64,000 nt of DNA from contig OZ245893.1 of assembly GCA_965229645.1 (NCBI GenBank), positions 770,529-834,528 of the forward strand, read 5' to 3'. Source of the DNA: Alphaproteobacteria bacterium. Lineage in GTDB: Bacteria; Pseudomonadota; Alphaproteobacteria; UBA7985. How positions within the stretch are numbered: position 1 is the stretch's first letter; every line of letters starts with the position of its first letter. This document shows, piece after piece, positions 48,974-58,583 of the stretch. The notes below the pieces were generated by a model. That model was not told the origin of the DNA and made no database searches. It saw only the letters and a list, made by a program, of their open reading frames with translations. Both the position numbers and the translations under genes were made by a program.

Positions 48974-49963
48974 TCAGCGTGGCTGGTCCGGTTCGTTGGG
49001 ATTGCGCGTGATGAGTGTCTCAATTTGCTCCATGGTTTCTGCTGGCAAGGGACCCAAGCTCAAAGCATCGGTGATTTCGTTCATTTGTTCTGCTGTTCGC
49101 GCGCCTGGGACTGGAACATGATCTTCGCGCTGCCCCCAAATCCATGCCAGCGCGCCCTGGACAGGCGTTCGGCCCCCTTGGGTCAAAAGATCGCGGACAG
49201 CCGCGAGGGTCTCCAGAAACGCTGGATTGGCCCGCCCATCGCGGTAGTATTCCATCCAATCTTCACGCGACGCGCGAATGTCGTTGGCTGGCAAGGTCGT
49301 TGCGGCGTTGTACTTTCCCGAGAGCAAGCCCATGGCGAGCGGGGATCGGATCAATGACAAGAGCCCCTGATCGCGCGCCACGTTCTGCATGCGCGGGGCG
49401 TCGAAGAATAGGTTCATGGCGTATTCCACCGCGACAAAATTGGGTTGCGAGGCCACCGCCGATGCGCGCTCAGAATAGTCCGTGCTCCACCCATAGGCGC
49501 GCAACTTACCCGCCGCCCGCAAGCCGTCCATCGCATGGAAGATGGTTTGCGCCTCGGCCACGGGCATGTCGTTGATATGGAGCAACACAAGATCAAGACA
49601 CTCGCGGTTCAAGCGACGCAAGCAACCCTCCACGGCTGGCACCACGTCCTCGGGCTTGAAGGGTTGAAACGAAATTTGCTTGCTCTGTTCGTCGATCCCG
49701 ATGCCAATTTTGGTTATGATCAGCGCGTCGGGCCGCCCTTTGAGCGCCTGGGCCAGCAGACGCTCTGAATGGCCCGCCCCGTAAGCTGCCGCCGTATCGT
49801 ATACCCTGATACCCCCGTCCCAGGCTGCATGGATTGTGCGGATTGAGGCCCCGTCGTCCGCCTTAGCGTAGCCCAAGGACTGAGTGCCGTGGTACATGGT
49901 CCCCCCTATGGGCCAGCACCCCATCCCCAAAGCGGGGATTTGTGTGTCAAAAATTCGGATCAT
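48974..49963 (-). CDS. Aldo/keto reductase
   Basis: Start MIRIFDTQIPALGMGCWPIGG. AKR catalytic-tetrad context. Coordinates of the start are +/- 1 because of an indexing ambiguity. Confidence 0.7.
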   Translation of the reverse strand: MIRIFDTQIPALGMGCWPIGGTMYHGTQSLGYAKADDGASIRTIHAAWDGGIRVYDTAAAYGAGHSERLLAQALKGRPDALIITKIGIGIDEQSKQISFQPFKPEDVVPAVEGCLRRLNRECLDLVLLHINDMPVAEAQTIFHAMDGLRAAGKLRAYGWSTDYSERASAVASQPNFVAVEYAMNLFFDAPRMQNVARDQGLLSLIRSPLAMGLLSGKYNAATTLPANDIRASREDWMEYYRDGRANPAFLETLAAVRDLLTQGGRTPVQGALAWIWGQREDHVPVPGARTAEQMNEITDALSLGPLPAETMEQIETLITRNPNEPDQPR

Positions 49964-50144
49964 TGCGGATCTCCCATCGCAGGCCGCAAGTTGAAGGGAA
50001 CACCCAACGTCGAACAGACCCGCCTTAAGTGTGACAACGAAAGTAAAATTAGGAGACAACTGGTCCCCCATGTGCCTTCGCGGAACCTGCTTGAAACAGC
50101 CTTTGGCTCTTTTCATCAACAAAAGAAAATGAAATTATCATTTC

Positions 50145-50981
50145 ATGAATGAACGTTGTTTGGATTGGGACAACCTAAAGTTGTTCCTGGCTGTCGCACG
50201 CGCTGGCGGTTTGGGACCCGCAGCGGCGCGAACGGGCAAGAGCCCACCAACGCTCGGGCGGCGCATGGTTGAGCTGGAACGCGACCTGGGAAGAGACTTA
50301 TTTGTCCGCAAACCTCGCGGTTACAGCCTGACCCAGGAGGGTGAGGGTTTGCTCGTGAAAGCTGAATCGATGGAAGCCCTGGTTCAACCCCTGCTCGCAA
50401 CCAGTCCAGCGGAGGCGCCGCCGCTTGTGAAAATTGCCGCTGGGACTTGGGTAACGCAAGTCTTGCTGCAGGCGGTAGATCAGCTCCTGGCCACTGCCCC
50501 CGTGCGGCTGCGGTTTATTGCCGAAGAAAGCCTGACGGACATCGCCCGACGCGAAGCTGTGATTGGTGTACGCAACCGTGCGCCTGTCCAAGTTGGTTTG
50601 GCGGGTCGCAAAATTGGCGGTGTCCAATTTGCCGTCTACGCCCGCGATCCCAGCGTCACCCCGTGGGCGCGGGTTTTAAACGAGACGCCATCCGCGCTTT
50701 GGGTGAGGCGTATGTCCCAAGGCGCGCCCGCCATCGAGGTCAGCGCGCCGCACCATGCCCTCACCCTGGCAAAGGCTGGCCTCGCACGCGCGGTTCTGCC
50801 AACCTTCATAGGAAACCAGCAAGCAGGCCTTCGACCCGTTTCCGATCCCATCCACGCCTTAAACCACGATCAATGGTTGGTAGCGCACCATGAAGACCGC
50901 TTTCTTCCCGAAATCCGGAAGTTGATGACGTACCTCCACGCCCTTCTCCAGCAAACTTGTGCCGATGCAAGGTACGTGTGA
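50145..50981 (+). CDS. LysR-family transcriptional regulator
   Basis: N-terminal wHTH LKLFLAVARAGGLGPAAARTGKSPPTLGRRMVELERDLGRDLF. Confidence 0.8.
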   Translation: MNERCLDWDNLKLFLAVARAGGLGPAAARTGKSPPTLGRRMVELERDLGRDLFVRKPRGYSLTQEGEGLLVKAESMEALVQPLLATSPAEAPPLVKIAAGTWVTQVLLQAVDQLLATAPVRLRFIAEESLTDIARREAVIGVRNRAPVQVGLAGRKIGGVQFAVYARDPSVTPWARVLNETPSALWVRRMSQGAPAIEVSAPHHALTLAKAGLARAVLPTFIGNQQAGLRPVSDPIHALNHDQWLVAHHEDRFLPEIRKLMTYLHALLQQTCADARYV

Positions 50982-51061
50982 AACCAAGGGTCATAAAATT
51001 TGACTTTTTTATGGCCCTTGTACCAGCGAACATACGAGTCATTCTGGGTCGCCGCTGGTAT
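50981..51061. repeat. Miniature (~80 bp) copy of the MITE-like element exactly filling the gap between two convergent LysR genes
   Basis: AAACCAAGGGTCATAAAATTTGACTTTTTT...TACCAGCGAACATACGAGTCATTCTGGGTCGCCGCTGGTAT retains both termini of the full element but lacks its centre. Confidence 0.6.
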
Positions 51062-52005
51062 CAGTCGGCTTCATCGCGGCCTGCGCCTACGAAATGCCGC
51101 TTTCCGTCCGACGAGGCGAAATAGTCGCGGCAGACGGTTTCAAACAGCGTGACCGCAGGGCTCACGAAACTGTCGGCGCGCCGCATTGTTCCGAAGATCG
51201 GGGCGGGCACGGCGTCGGAGAGGGGGATACTGTGAACAGCGCGTCCTGTGTAGGCAACATCGACGGCAGGTTTCAGATTCAACAAGGCATAGCCCAAGCC
51301 ATAGGACACGAAACTGCGCAGCGTTTGAAACGTTCCTGCGCGGTACACCACATGCGGCGCGATATTGGCAACCCGAAACAGCATGTCGAAGTAAGTGCGC
51401 GATTCTGGCAAGTCCAACAAGATCATGGGGAACGGTGCAAGCTCGGCCAACGTCACGGACTTGCGCGCGGCGAACGGATGCGCGGCGTCGATCAAGGCAT
51501 AGGGTCGCGCAAGCCCGAAGCCCTTGAAATCCGTCCCATCTGGTTTCCCCAAGTCGTAGGTCAGCGACACGTCCACCGCGCCGCTTAGCACTAGATCGGC
51601 GACATAGATCAGGTCGCCCTCGATGACTTTAATTTTCAGTTTCGGGTGTCGTTCGGACATTTTCTGCACCGCGTAGGGCAAAGCCAGCGGCGCGAGAGGG
51701 GCGAAGCAACCAATTGCGAACTCCCCCGTCAGTTCGCTTTGCGCGCTGGCCATATGGTCCTCAAGTTCGCGCGCCTGATCGAGCAGTGCGCGCACCTTGT
51801 TGACCAACCTTTGCCCGTCGGAGGTCAGCAAGATTCCCTTGCTGGGGCGTCGCACGAACAACTGGACATTGAATTGGTCCTCGAACGCGTCGATGGCCGC
51901 CGCAATCGAGGATTTGGAGATCCGTTGGCTGGTCGCAGCAGCAGCGATGGACCCGTGGCTTGCTGCGGCCTCGATATAGATCAGTTGCCTTAGATTTAAT
52001 CGCAT
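51061..52005 (-). CDS. LysR-family transcriptional regulator
   Basis: Start MRLNLRQLIYIEAAASHGSIAAAATSQRISKSSIAAAIDAFEDQFNVQLF (wHTH). Confidence 0.8.
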   Translation of the reverse strand: MRLNLRQLIYIEAAASHGSIAAAATSQRISKSSIAAAIDAFEDQFNVQLFVRRPSKGILLTSDGQRLVNKVRALLDQARELEDHMASAQSELTGEFAIGCFAPLAPLALPYAVQKMSERHPKLKIKVIEGDLIYVADLVLSGAVDVSLTYDLGKPDGTDFKGFGLARPYALIDAAHPFAARKSVTLAELAPFPMILLDLPESRTYFDMLFRVANIAPHVVYRAGTFQTLRSFVSYGLGYALLNLKPAVDVAYTGRAVHSIPLSDAVPAPIFGTMRRADSFVSPAVTLFETVCRDYFASSDGKRHFVGAGRDEAD

Positions 52006-52026
52006 GGGCGCGCGCCTTTCAGAAAC

Positions 52027-52285
52027 AGACGCCTTTATGCCAACGACCAAAAAAGTTGACACTTTTTTGGCCGTTTTGTGTCTCGCGGCAGAAACGCTTC
52101 GCGTTTCGGCTTTTCTGGGTTGCGGTCTCTACTCGCTCGCTATGCTTGCTCAGCCCGACCTCAGGACGGGACCTTCGTTTTACCTCGAGGCGCTTTCCTT
52201 GTTTGTCTCGGGGCCGCTGCGGGGGCCGCAGTCGCGGCCCTTAATACCAGCTATCATTAGAGTCATTCTGGGTCGCCGCTGGTAT
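52027..52285 (+). repeat. MITE-like structured repeat, copy C (longest, with a ~60-bp internal insertion)
   Basis: ATGCCAACGACCAAAAAAGTTGACAC...GCCGCTGGTAT. Starts 22 bp upstream of the LysR start codon. Confidence 0.75.
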
Positions 52286-52383
52286 TAAAGGTCGGAAAAA
52301 CCGTGCATCTTGTCATGAATAAACTATCTTTCCCACTAAGGGACCTCGCCCTAGGCTGCCTTCACAATCGTGTGAAGGGACTT

Positions 52384-53808
52384 ATGGCTGAGCTTGAGAC
52401 CACCGACGCCCACGACCTGACGGCGGCATTCGCATCGGGGGAACTGTCGCCCGTTGAGGTGACCAAGGCTGTGTTGAGTCAGATTGATCAGATCAATGGC
52501 CGTCTCAATGCCTTCACCGAGGTGGGTTACGAGGCGGCGCTGGCGGACGCGAAAGCCTCGGAAACGCGCTGGCAACGCGGCGCCCCCTTGTCGCCTTGGG
52601 ACGGCGTTCCCGCGACGGTCAAGGATTTGATCGCCACCAAGACCTGGCAGCCTGCCTTTGGAAGCCATGTCATTCAGTCCGAGCTTGTCGGTGAAGATGG
52701 ACCGGCGGTCGCGCGGCTGCGCGAAGCGGGCTGTGTCCTGTTGGGCATGACGACGTCGCCCGAATTGGGATGGAAAGGGGTGAACGACAGCCCGCGCTTT
52801 GGGAACACGCGCAATGCTTGGAATTCAGACAAAACGCCTGGCGGCTCAAGCGGCGGGGCGGCAGTTGCCGCCGCACTGAACCTCGGGTGGTTCCATATCG
52901 GCACGGACGGCGGCGGATCGATCCGGATGCCCGCGGCGTTCAGCGGCGTTTTTGGCCTCAAGCCAACATTCGGGCGCGTACCCGCCTACCCTGCCAGCAT
53001 TATGGGAACGCTTGCGCATGTCGGGCCGATCACCCGCAGTGTTCGGGATGCAACCGCCATGTTGAACCTCGTATCGCGCCAGGACCCAAGGGACTGGTAC
53101 GCGGGACCAGAGTTGTCCGAAATCCGACTGCCGCCGCTTGGCGACCTACGCGGTTTCAAGATCGCATTCAGCCCTAACCTTGGACACCTTAAGGTTGATG
53201 CCGAAGTGGCCGCTGCCGTGAAGCGTGCCGCAGAAACCCTAACCGACCTGGGCGTGACGGTGGTCGAGAGTCCCTTTTCGACGATTGGCGCGCAGAAAAC
53301 TTTTGAAACCCTTTGGTTTGGTGCGGCGCGACATCGCCTTGCAAAACTCAGCGACGCCGAACGGGCGCGGGTTGATCCCGACCTGATCGCCGCCGCCGAA
53401 AGCGCCGCGCACCTAAGCGTCGCCGACCACTTGGACGCCAATCTGCATCGCGCAGAATTGGGGCGGAAGGCGGAGGCGCTTTTGAACCAATACGATGCCT
53501 TGATCACACCGACGGTTCCAGTTCCCGCCTTTGACGTAGGGCGTGAAACCCCTTCGGGTCGGGGACGTTGGACCGATTGGGCCGCCTTCAACTATCCATT
53601 TAACCTGACCCAGCAGCCAGCCTGTTCGGTGCCTTGCGGCTTCACGGCGGCGGGCTTGCCAATCGGGCTCCAGGTTATTTCCAGAAAGTACCGGGATGAT
53701 TGTGTGCTCAAAATCGCCGCAGCTTATCAAGCCGCGTCCCCGGTGCCGTGGCCAAGGACCAAGCAGGTCATCGAGCCAGCACAAGACCCAATACTTGAAC
53801 CCGCATAG
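52384..53808 (+). CDS. Amidase-signature family amidase (GatA-like)
   Basis: GGSSGGAAVAAALNLGWFHIGTDGGGSIRMPAAFSGVFGLKPTFGRV Gly/Ser-rich signature. Confidence 0.85.
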   Translation: MAELETTDAHDLTAAFASGELSPVEVTKAVLSQIDQINGRLNAFTEVGYEAALADAKASETRWQRGAPLSPWDGVPATVKDLIATKTWQPAFGSHVIQSELVGEDGPAVARLREAGCVLLGMTTSPELGWKGVNDSPRFGNTRNAWNSDKTPGGSSGGAAVAAALNLGWFHIGTDGGGSIRMPAAFSGVFGLKPTFGRVPAYPASIMGTLAHVGPITRSVRDATAMLNLVSRQDPRDWYAGPELSEIRLPPLGDLRGFKIAFSPNLGHLKVDAEVAAAVKRAAETLTDLGVTVVESPFSTIGAQKTFETLWFGAARHRLAKLSDAERARVDPDLIAAAESAAHLSVADHLDANLHRAELGRKAEALLNQYDALITPTVPVPAFDVGRETPSGRGRWTDWAAFNYPFNLTQQPACSVPCGFTAAGLPIGLQVISRKYRDDCVLKIAAAYQAASPVPWPRTKQVIEPAQDPILEPA

Positions 53809-53878
53809 AGCACCAACCAGCAAGGGAGATGACAACATGAAACAGCTTAGAGCGCACACCAACCAAGGAGACGACGAC

Positions 53879-55195
53879 ATGAACCAATCCAATAAGATGA
53901 GCCGACGCGACATTTTGAAACGCGGTGCGGTGACAGCGACGGGCGCGGGCCTTTTGTCCACGCTGAACGCTGGAACCGCCAGCGCCCAATCGAGCGATCC
54001 CGTGCGTGTTGGCGCGGCCCTGCCCATGTCGGGCCCAGCGGCGGCGGACGGAATCGAGTTTGAGCGGGGTCTGCAACTGGCAGCGAACGAAATCAACGCA
54101 AATGGCGGTGTTTTGGGACGGTCTGTTGAGATCGTCATTGAAGACACGGCGGACATGGGGGCCGACAAGGTTAGCCAAGCCATGCAGCGGCTGGTTGACC
54201 GGTCCGAAGTTTCCGCGATCATCAACGGCTACAATATCGGCACCAATATGATCGAAATGGACGTGGCGGCGGATTCGGATATTATCTTCATCCATTTTAA
54301 CACGCTGATCCTGCACAATACCAAATTCAAAACCGACCCAGACCGCTACTATGGGTGTTTCCAGGGCGACCCTCCTGAGTTCTGGTACGGGCCAGGTTTT
54401 GTAAAATTCCTCGCCACGCTCGAGGCCGAAGGAAAGTGGACACGACCGAACAACAAACTGGCGGTCATTCCGTCAGCCAACGAGTACTCGGTCGTGATCG
54501 CCAACGCGATCCGAGACACAGCTGCCGAGTATGGCTTCGAGATCAGCCTCTATGAAACCGTACCCTACCCCAACAACCAATGGGGTCCGGTGTTGGCCAA
54601 GCTGCGCGACGACCCCCCCGCGGCCATCGCCGTGACGCATTTCCTGCCGCAAGACTTGGCGCAATTCATGATCGAGTTTGTTCCCGATCCGACCAACTCT
54701 TTGGTCTATATGCAGTACGGCCCGTCCTTGCCTGCCTTCCGCGAAATCGGGGGTGAAGCGGTGAATGGCACGCTCTATTCCACCGTCATAGGCGCGCTGC
54801 CCGATGACTATGCTGCCCCGTTTTGGGAGAACTATTATGCGGCCTATGGCGAGAACTCAGCGCCGCTTACGGGGTCGCAGACCTACGACGCCCTTTGGCA
54901 CTGGGCCCTATCGGCGGCCATCGCCGGAGGCCCCGGCGACGCCTACGATCCCGAGCAGAACCGCAAAGTGGCTGGGGCCATGCGCAAGCTCGTCCATCGC
55001 GGCGTAAACGGGACATGCCGTTACATCGAAGGTGAGCAGTCGGCCTACTGCTATCCGACGCAAGAGGGCGACCCGTCGCTCGGCATGCCGCACCAGTTCC
55101 TGCAGCATCAGGACCGTCGACAAGGGCCCAAACTGATCGCGCCCGATCTTTACAAGACGGACGCGTTTGTCGCGCCACCCTGGCTCCAAACCTAG
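53879..55195 (+). CDS. ABC transporter periplasmic substrate-binding protein (LivK/urea/amide type) with twin-arginine signal
   Basis: MNQSNKMSRRDILKRGAVTATGAGLLS. Start chosen for the AAGGAG at -8; an alternative start is at 53837. Confidence 0.7.
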   Translation: MNQSNKMSRRDILKRGAVTATGAGLLSTLNAGTASAQSSDPVRVGAALPMSGPAAADGIEFERGLQLAANEINANGGVLGRSVEIVIEDTADMGADKVSQAMQRLVDRSEVSAIINGYNIGTNMIEMDVAADSDIIFIHFNTLILHNTKFKTDPDRYYGCFQGDPPEFWYGPGFVKFLATLEAEGKWTRPNNKLAVIPSANEYSVVIANAIRDTAAEYGFEISLYETVPYPNNQWGPVLAKLRDDPPAAIAVTHFLPQDLAQFMIEFVPDPTNSLVYMQYGPSLPAFREIGGEAVNGTLYSTVIGALPDDYAAPFWENYYAAYGENSAPLTGSQTYDALWHWALSAAIAGGPGDAYDPEQNRKVAGAMRKLVHRGVNGTCRYIEGEQSAYCYPTQEGDPSLGMPHQFLQHQDRRQGPKLIAPDLYKTDAFVAPPWLQT

Positions 55196-55201
55196 GCGAT
55201 C

Positions 55202-55975
55202 ATGCCGAAACCTGCCGACATTTTGCAGGTTTCAGGTCTGACCAAGACCTATGGCAGCTTGCAAGCTGTCAACGGCCTCAACTTTGCTGTACGCCAGGGA
55301 GAGATCTTTGGCGTCAGCGGGCCCAACGGCGCCGGGAAGACCACCATGTTCGATCTGGTCTCTGGCGCCACGCCCGCGACTTCGGGCGACGTACAATTCA
55401 ACGGACGCAGCCTATTGGGCCAGAGTCCCGACCATATTTGCCACGCTGGATTGGTGCGAACCTTTCAGTTGAATGCCGCGTTCGCGGGCCTCAGCTTGTT
55501 CGAAAGTGTTCTGATCGGCGCGACATTTGGATCGCACAAGATGCGGGCAAGTACCTGGTTCCGCATCGACAAAGCAGCGCGCAAACGCGCGCAGGAAGCC
55601 ATCGACTTCGTCGGCCTTGGGTCGGCGCAAGACACGCGCGCAGGGCAGGCCAACGTCTTTGACCTCAAGCGGACCATGATCGCTTGCGCCCTGGCGACCG
55701 AACCAAAATTGTTGCTCATGGACGAACCCGTCGGCGGACTGGTGCCCGATGAAATTGACATGATCGCGCGACTGGTTGAAAATCTGCGCGATTCGGGCAT
55801 CACCATACTTCTGATCGAACATGTGATGCGTTTCCTAACGTCTTTGTCCGACCGCATCTTGGTCATACATCAGGGCGCGAGCCTGTTTGAAGGCACGCCC
55901 GACGCCATGCTGCGCGACCCGCAAGTGCGCCAAGTCTATTTGGGAACATCCATCCCAGAGGCCGCCAATGCCTGA
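55202..55975 (+). CDS. ABC transporter ATP-binding protein (LivG-like)
   Basis: Walker A GPNGAGKTT and ABC signature. Confidence 0.8.
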   Translation: MPKPADILQVSGLTKTYGSLQAVNGLNFAVRQGEIFGVSGPNGAGKTTMFDLVSGATPATSGDVQFNGRSLLGQSPDHICHAGLVRTFQLNAAFAGLSLFESVLIGATFGSHKMRASTWFRIDKAARKRAQEAIDFVGLGSAQDTRAGQANVFDLKRTMIACALATEPKLLLMDEPVGGLVPDEIDMIARLVENLRDSGITILLIEHVMRFLTSLSDRILVIHQGASLFEGTPDAMLRDPQVRQVYLGTSIPEAANA

Positions 55976-56686
55976 GGCCCTGACCATCCGCGCGCTGACC
56001 GGCGGCTATGGCCCCCACCCTGTCTTGCATGGTTTGGTTCTTGGCCTGGACGAAGGAAGCCTGATGGCCGTCGTCGGACCGAACGGGCATGGCAAGTCCA
56101 CGCTTTTGCGGGCAATCTCTGGCATCTTGCCGAAAGCTGCAGGCCAGATCCGCCTGCACGACATGCGCATTGATGACCTTTGCGCAGACCAACGCGCACG
56201 GGCGGGCTTGGTCCATATTCCCCAGGGCGATCTGCTGTTCAAAGACCTAAGCGTTTGCGAGAATTTGAGCGCGGGAGGGTTCTTTCGTCGGGGGGCGGAT
56301 TTGCAGCAGGGATTTGACGAGGTCTACGCCCTATTCCCAGCGCTGGCCGAGCGGAGGCATCAACGGGCGGCGTCCCTGTCGGGGGGGAGCGACGCATGGT
56401 CGGGATCGGGCGCGGGCTCATGCAAAAGGGGCGCGTCCTGATGATCGACGAACCGTCCTTGGGACTGGCGCCAGCGATCATCGAGCAGATTTATGGGGCG
56501 CTATTGCAAATCAAGTCCAGCGGGCGCGCGATCTTGCTGGTCGAAGAGACGCCCGCACGGATCGAGGCGATCGCCGACACCGTGATGCTGATCGACGACG
56601 GACGGTGCGTCTGGCGCGGAGAGCCGAACGTTTTGATGCAGGATCGGGCCCTATTGGCAACCTATCTGGGAGGGGTCGAGCCGTGA
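55968..56686 (+). pseudogene. LivF-like ABC ATP-binding gene interrupted by a frameshift in a G7 homopolymer (56380-56386)
   Basis: The two ORFs 55968..56441 and 56396..56686 together give a complete LivF-like protein. Restoring one G after LSGG yields E-R-R-M-V-G-I-G-R-G-L-M. Confidence 0.65.
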
Positions 56687-57561
56687 GTGCCATTCCGCAA
56701 ATTCTGGTCACGGGCCTAACCCTCGGCGCGCTCTACGCTGTTGCAACGCTCGGTCTTTCTTTGGTTTGGGCGGCGGTGCGTATGCTCAATCTGGCGCATG
56801 GCGCCTTACTGGCGCTCGGTGGATACGCGGCCTATGCGGGTGCAACGCATCTGGGATTGCCTGGCTTGCTCGCCTTTGGCTTTGCTCTGCTCTTGGGCGG
56901 GCTCATGGGTTGGATCATGTATTGGGGCTTGGTCCGTCCGATTTTGGATGCACCAGGGTTTGAGACCAATATTCTGATCGTTACCGTTGGCCTGGGCATC
57001 ATCATTGAAAACGGGCTCCTGCAGGTTTTTGGCGGCCAACCCTACGGCCAACCCGTCGCCGTCAGCGGCGCGATGGATTTTCTCGGCGTCCGCTTCCCGA
57101 CACAAAATATGGTCACCATCGGAATCTCGGTGCTGCCGGTCGGGGTTGTCGCGCTGATTCTGAACCGCACGCGGATTGGGCTGGCCTTAAGGGCCGCCGC
57201 GCAGGGGCGCGAAGCGGCGCTTTTGATGGGGCTTCCGGTCAACCAGCTGTTTGCGACGACGATGGCAATGGCGGGCATGTTGACGGCGGCGTCGGGCGTT
57301 CTTGTCAGTTCGATCACACAACTGTCACCGCTTCTTGGCACAGACCCCATGCTCAAAGCACTGATCATGTGCATCCTTGCAGGACTCGGCAATGTCAGCG
57401 GCGCGATCATGGCGGCGTTCCTGCTGGCAACGATCGAGGTTGCTGCGCAGTACTACTTTGGCGCACGCTGGGGTTTTCCTGTGCTGCTGATGTTGGTGAT
57501 CGGTGTCCTGATCTGGCGGCCCAGCGGTCTGTTCTCGGCCGCACCGGTGGAGCGCGCATGA
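56683..57561 (+). CDS. Branched-chain-type ABC transporter permease (LivH-like)
   Basis: GTG start overlapping the livF-like stop. About eight TM segments. Confidence 0.7.
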   Translation: MSAIPQILVTGLTLGALYAVATLGLSLVWAAVRMLNLAHGALLALGGYAAYAGATHLGLPGLLAFGFALLLGGLMGWIMYWGLVRPILDAPGFETNILIVTVGLGIIIENGLLQVFGGQPYGQPVAVSGAMDFLGVRFPTQNMVTIGISVLPVGVVALILNRTRIGLALRAAAQGREAALLMGLPVNQLFATTMAMAGMLTAASGVLVSSITQLSPLLGTDPMLKALIMCILAGLGNVSGAIMAAFLLATIEVAAQYYFGARWGFPVLLMLVIGVLIWRPSGLFSAAPVERA

Positions 57562-58583
57562 ACGGGCTCTTCGCCTCCCCCGCGCGCCGTGACCTCGTGA
57601 TCGGGATCGTGTTTCTCGCGGCCCTTGCGCTTGTCCCCACGATGGATGTGAACCGCTATACGCTGGGTCAGATCGTCTTGTTCATGATCTACGGCGCGGT
57701 TGCCATGCACTGGAACCTGCTGTTCGGCTATGCAGGGATCTTTTCGCTGGCGCAGCTGATGCTGTTCGGCATCGGAGCCTATGCCATGGCCATGCTAAAC
57801 TTTTACCTAGGTTTTTCGATTTGGCTGGCGATCCCGTTGGCGGCTGGGGTGGCGATGCTCGCCAGTCTTGTGCTGGGCCTTGCGACCTTGCGTCTGCGCG
57901 GTGTCTATACTGCGCTGTTGACCCTGGCGGTGGCGCAGATGGTCACCGTGTTGATCGTCACCGATACGCAGTGTTTTGTGCAAACCGAAACATCCTGCAG
58001 GATGTTCACAGGAGGTGCGGCTGGATTTTACGGCTTTGACGATTTCGGCACCCGCGCCATCTATCGCGGCCAATGGCTGGTTGCGAACTACTACATCGTG
58101 CTAACCGCCGCCGCGGCAACAGTCATCGCCACGCTGATTGTGATCCACTCAGGCTTGGGCCTCAGTCTGCGCGCTATGCGCGACAATCCAAGCTATGCGC
58201 AGGCACTTGGGGTCAATCGGTTCCGGCTCCACCTTAGGGTATTCGCCGTTACCGCTTTGCTGACCGGATTTATGGGTGCCATCTACGCGGGGCATATCCG
58301 CACCGTATCGCCGAGCGTCATGTCCTTGAACCAGATGCTGTATCTTATCGCCGCCCTTATCATCGGCGGTGCAGGCCGCAGTTGGGGCGCGCCGCTGGGG
58401 TTGGCCGTCCTCATGATCGCTGATGAGATTTTGCGCGACTATGGCAACCTTCGGCAAATTGGGATTGGCCTCATGCTGGTGCTTGTCCCCATCTTCTTCC
58501 GCGACGGACTTTTGGGCCTTACCTTGCCCCGCCTCGCAACCAAAACCCGCAACCCGACCCCACCAAACTCAGAGGAGGAATAA
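57558..58583 (+). CDS. Branched-chain-type ABC transporter permease (LivM-like)
   Basis: Start MNGLFASP with ATGA overlap. Multi-TM. Confidence 0.7.
   Translation: MNGLFASPARRDLVIGIVFLAALALVPTMDVNRYTLGQIVLFMIYGAVAMHWNLLFGYAGIFSLAQLMLFGIGAYAMAMLNFYLGFSIWLAIPLAAGVAMLASLVLGLATLRLRGVYTALLTLAVAQMVTVLIVTDTQCFVQTETSCRMFTGGAAGFYGFDDFGTRAIYRGQWLVANYYIVLTAAAATVIATLIVIHSGLGLSLRAMRDNPSYAQALGVNRFRLHLRVFAVTALLTGFMGAIYAGHIRTVSPSVMSLNQMLYLIAALIIGGAGRSWGAPLGLAVLMIADEILRDYGNLRQIGIGLMLVLVPIFFRDGLLGLTLPRLATKTRNPTPPNSEEE

Noticed and set aside
55968-56686. Calling livF-like a confirmed pseudogene
   Set aside because: The break is inside a 7-G homopolymer, the commonest site of sequencing error. Reported as a pseudogene candidate only.
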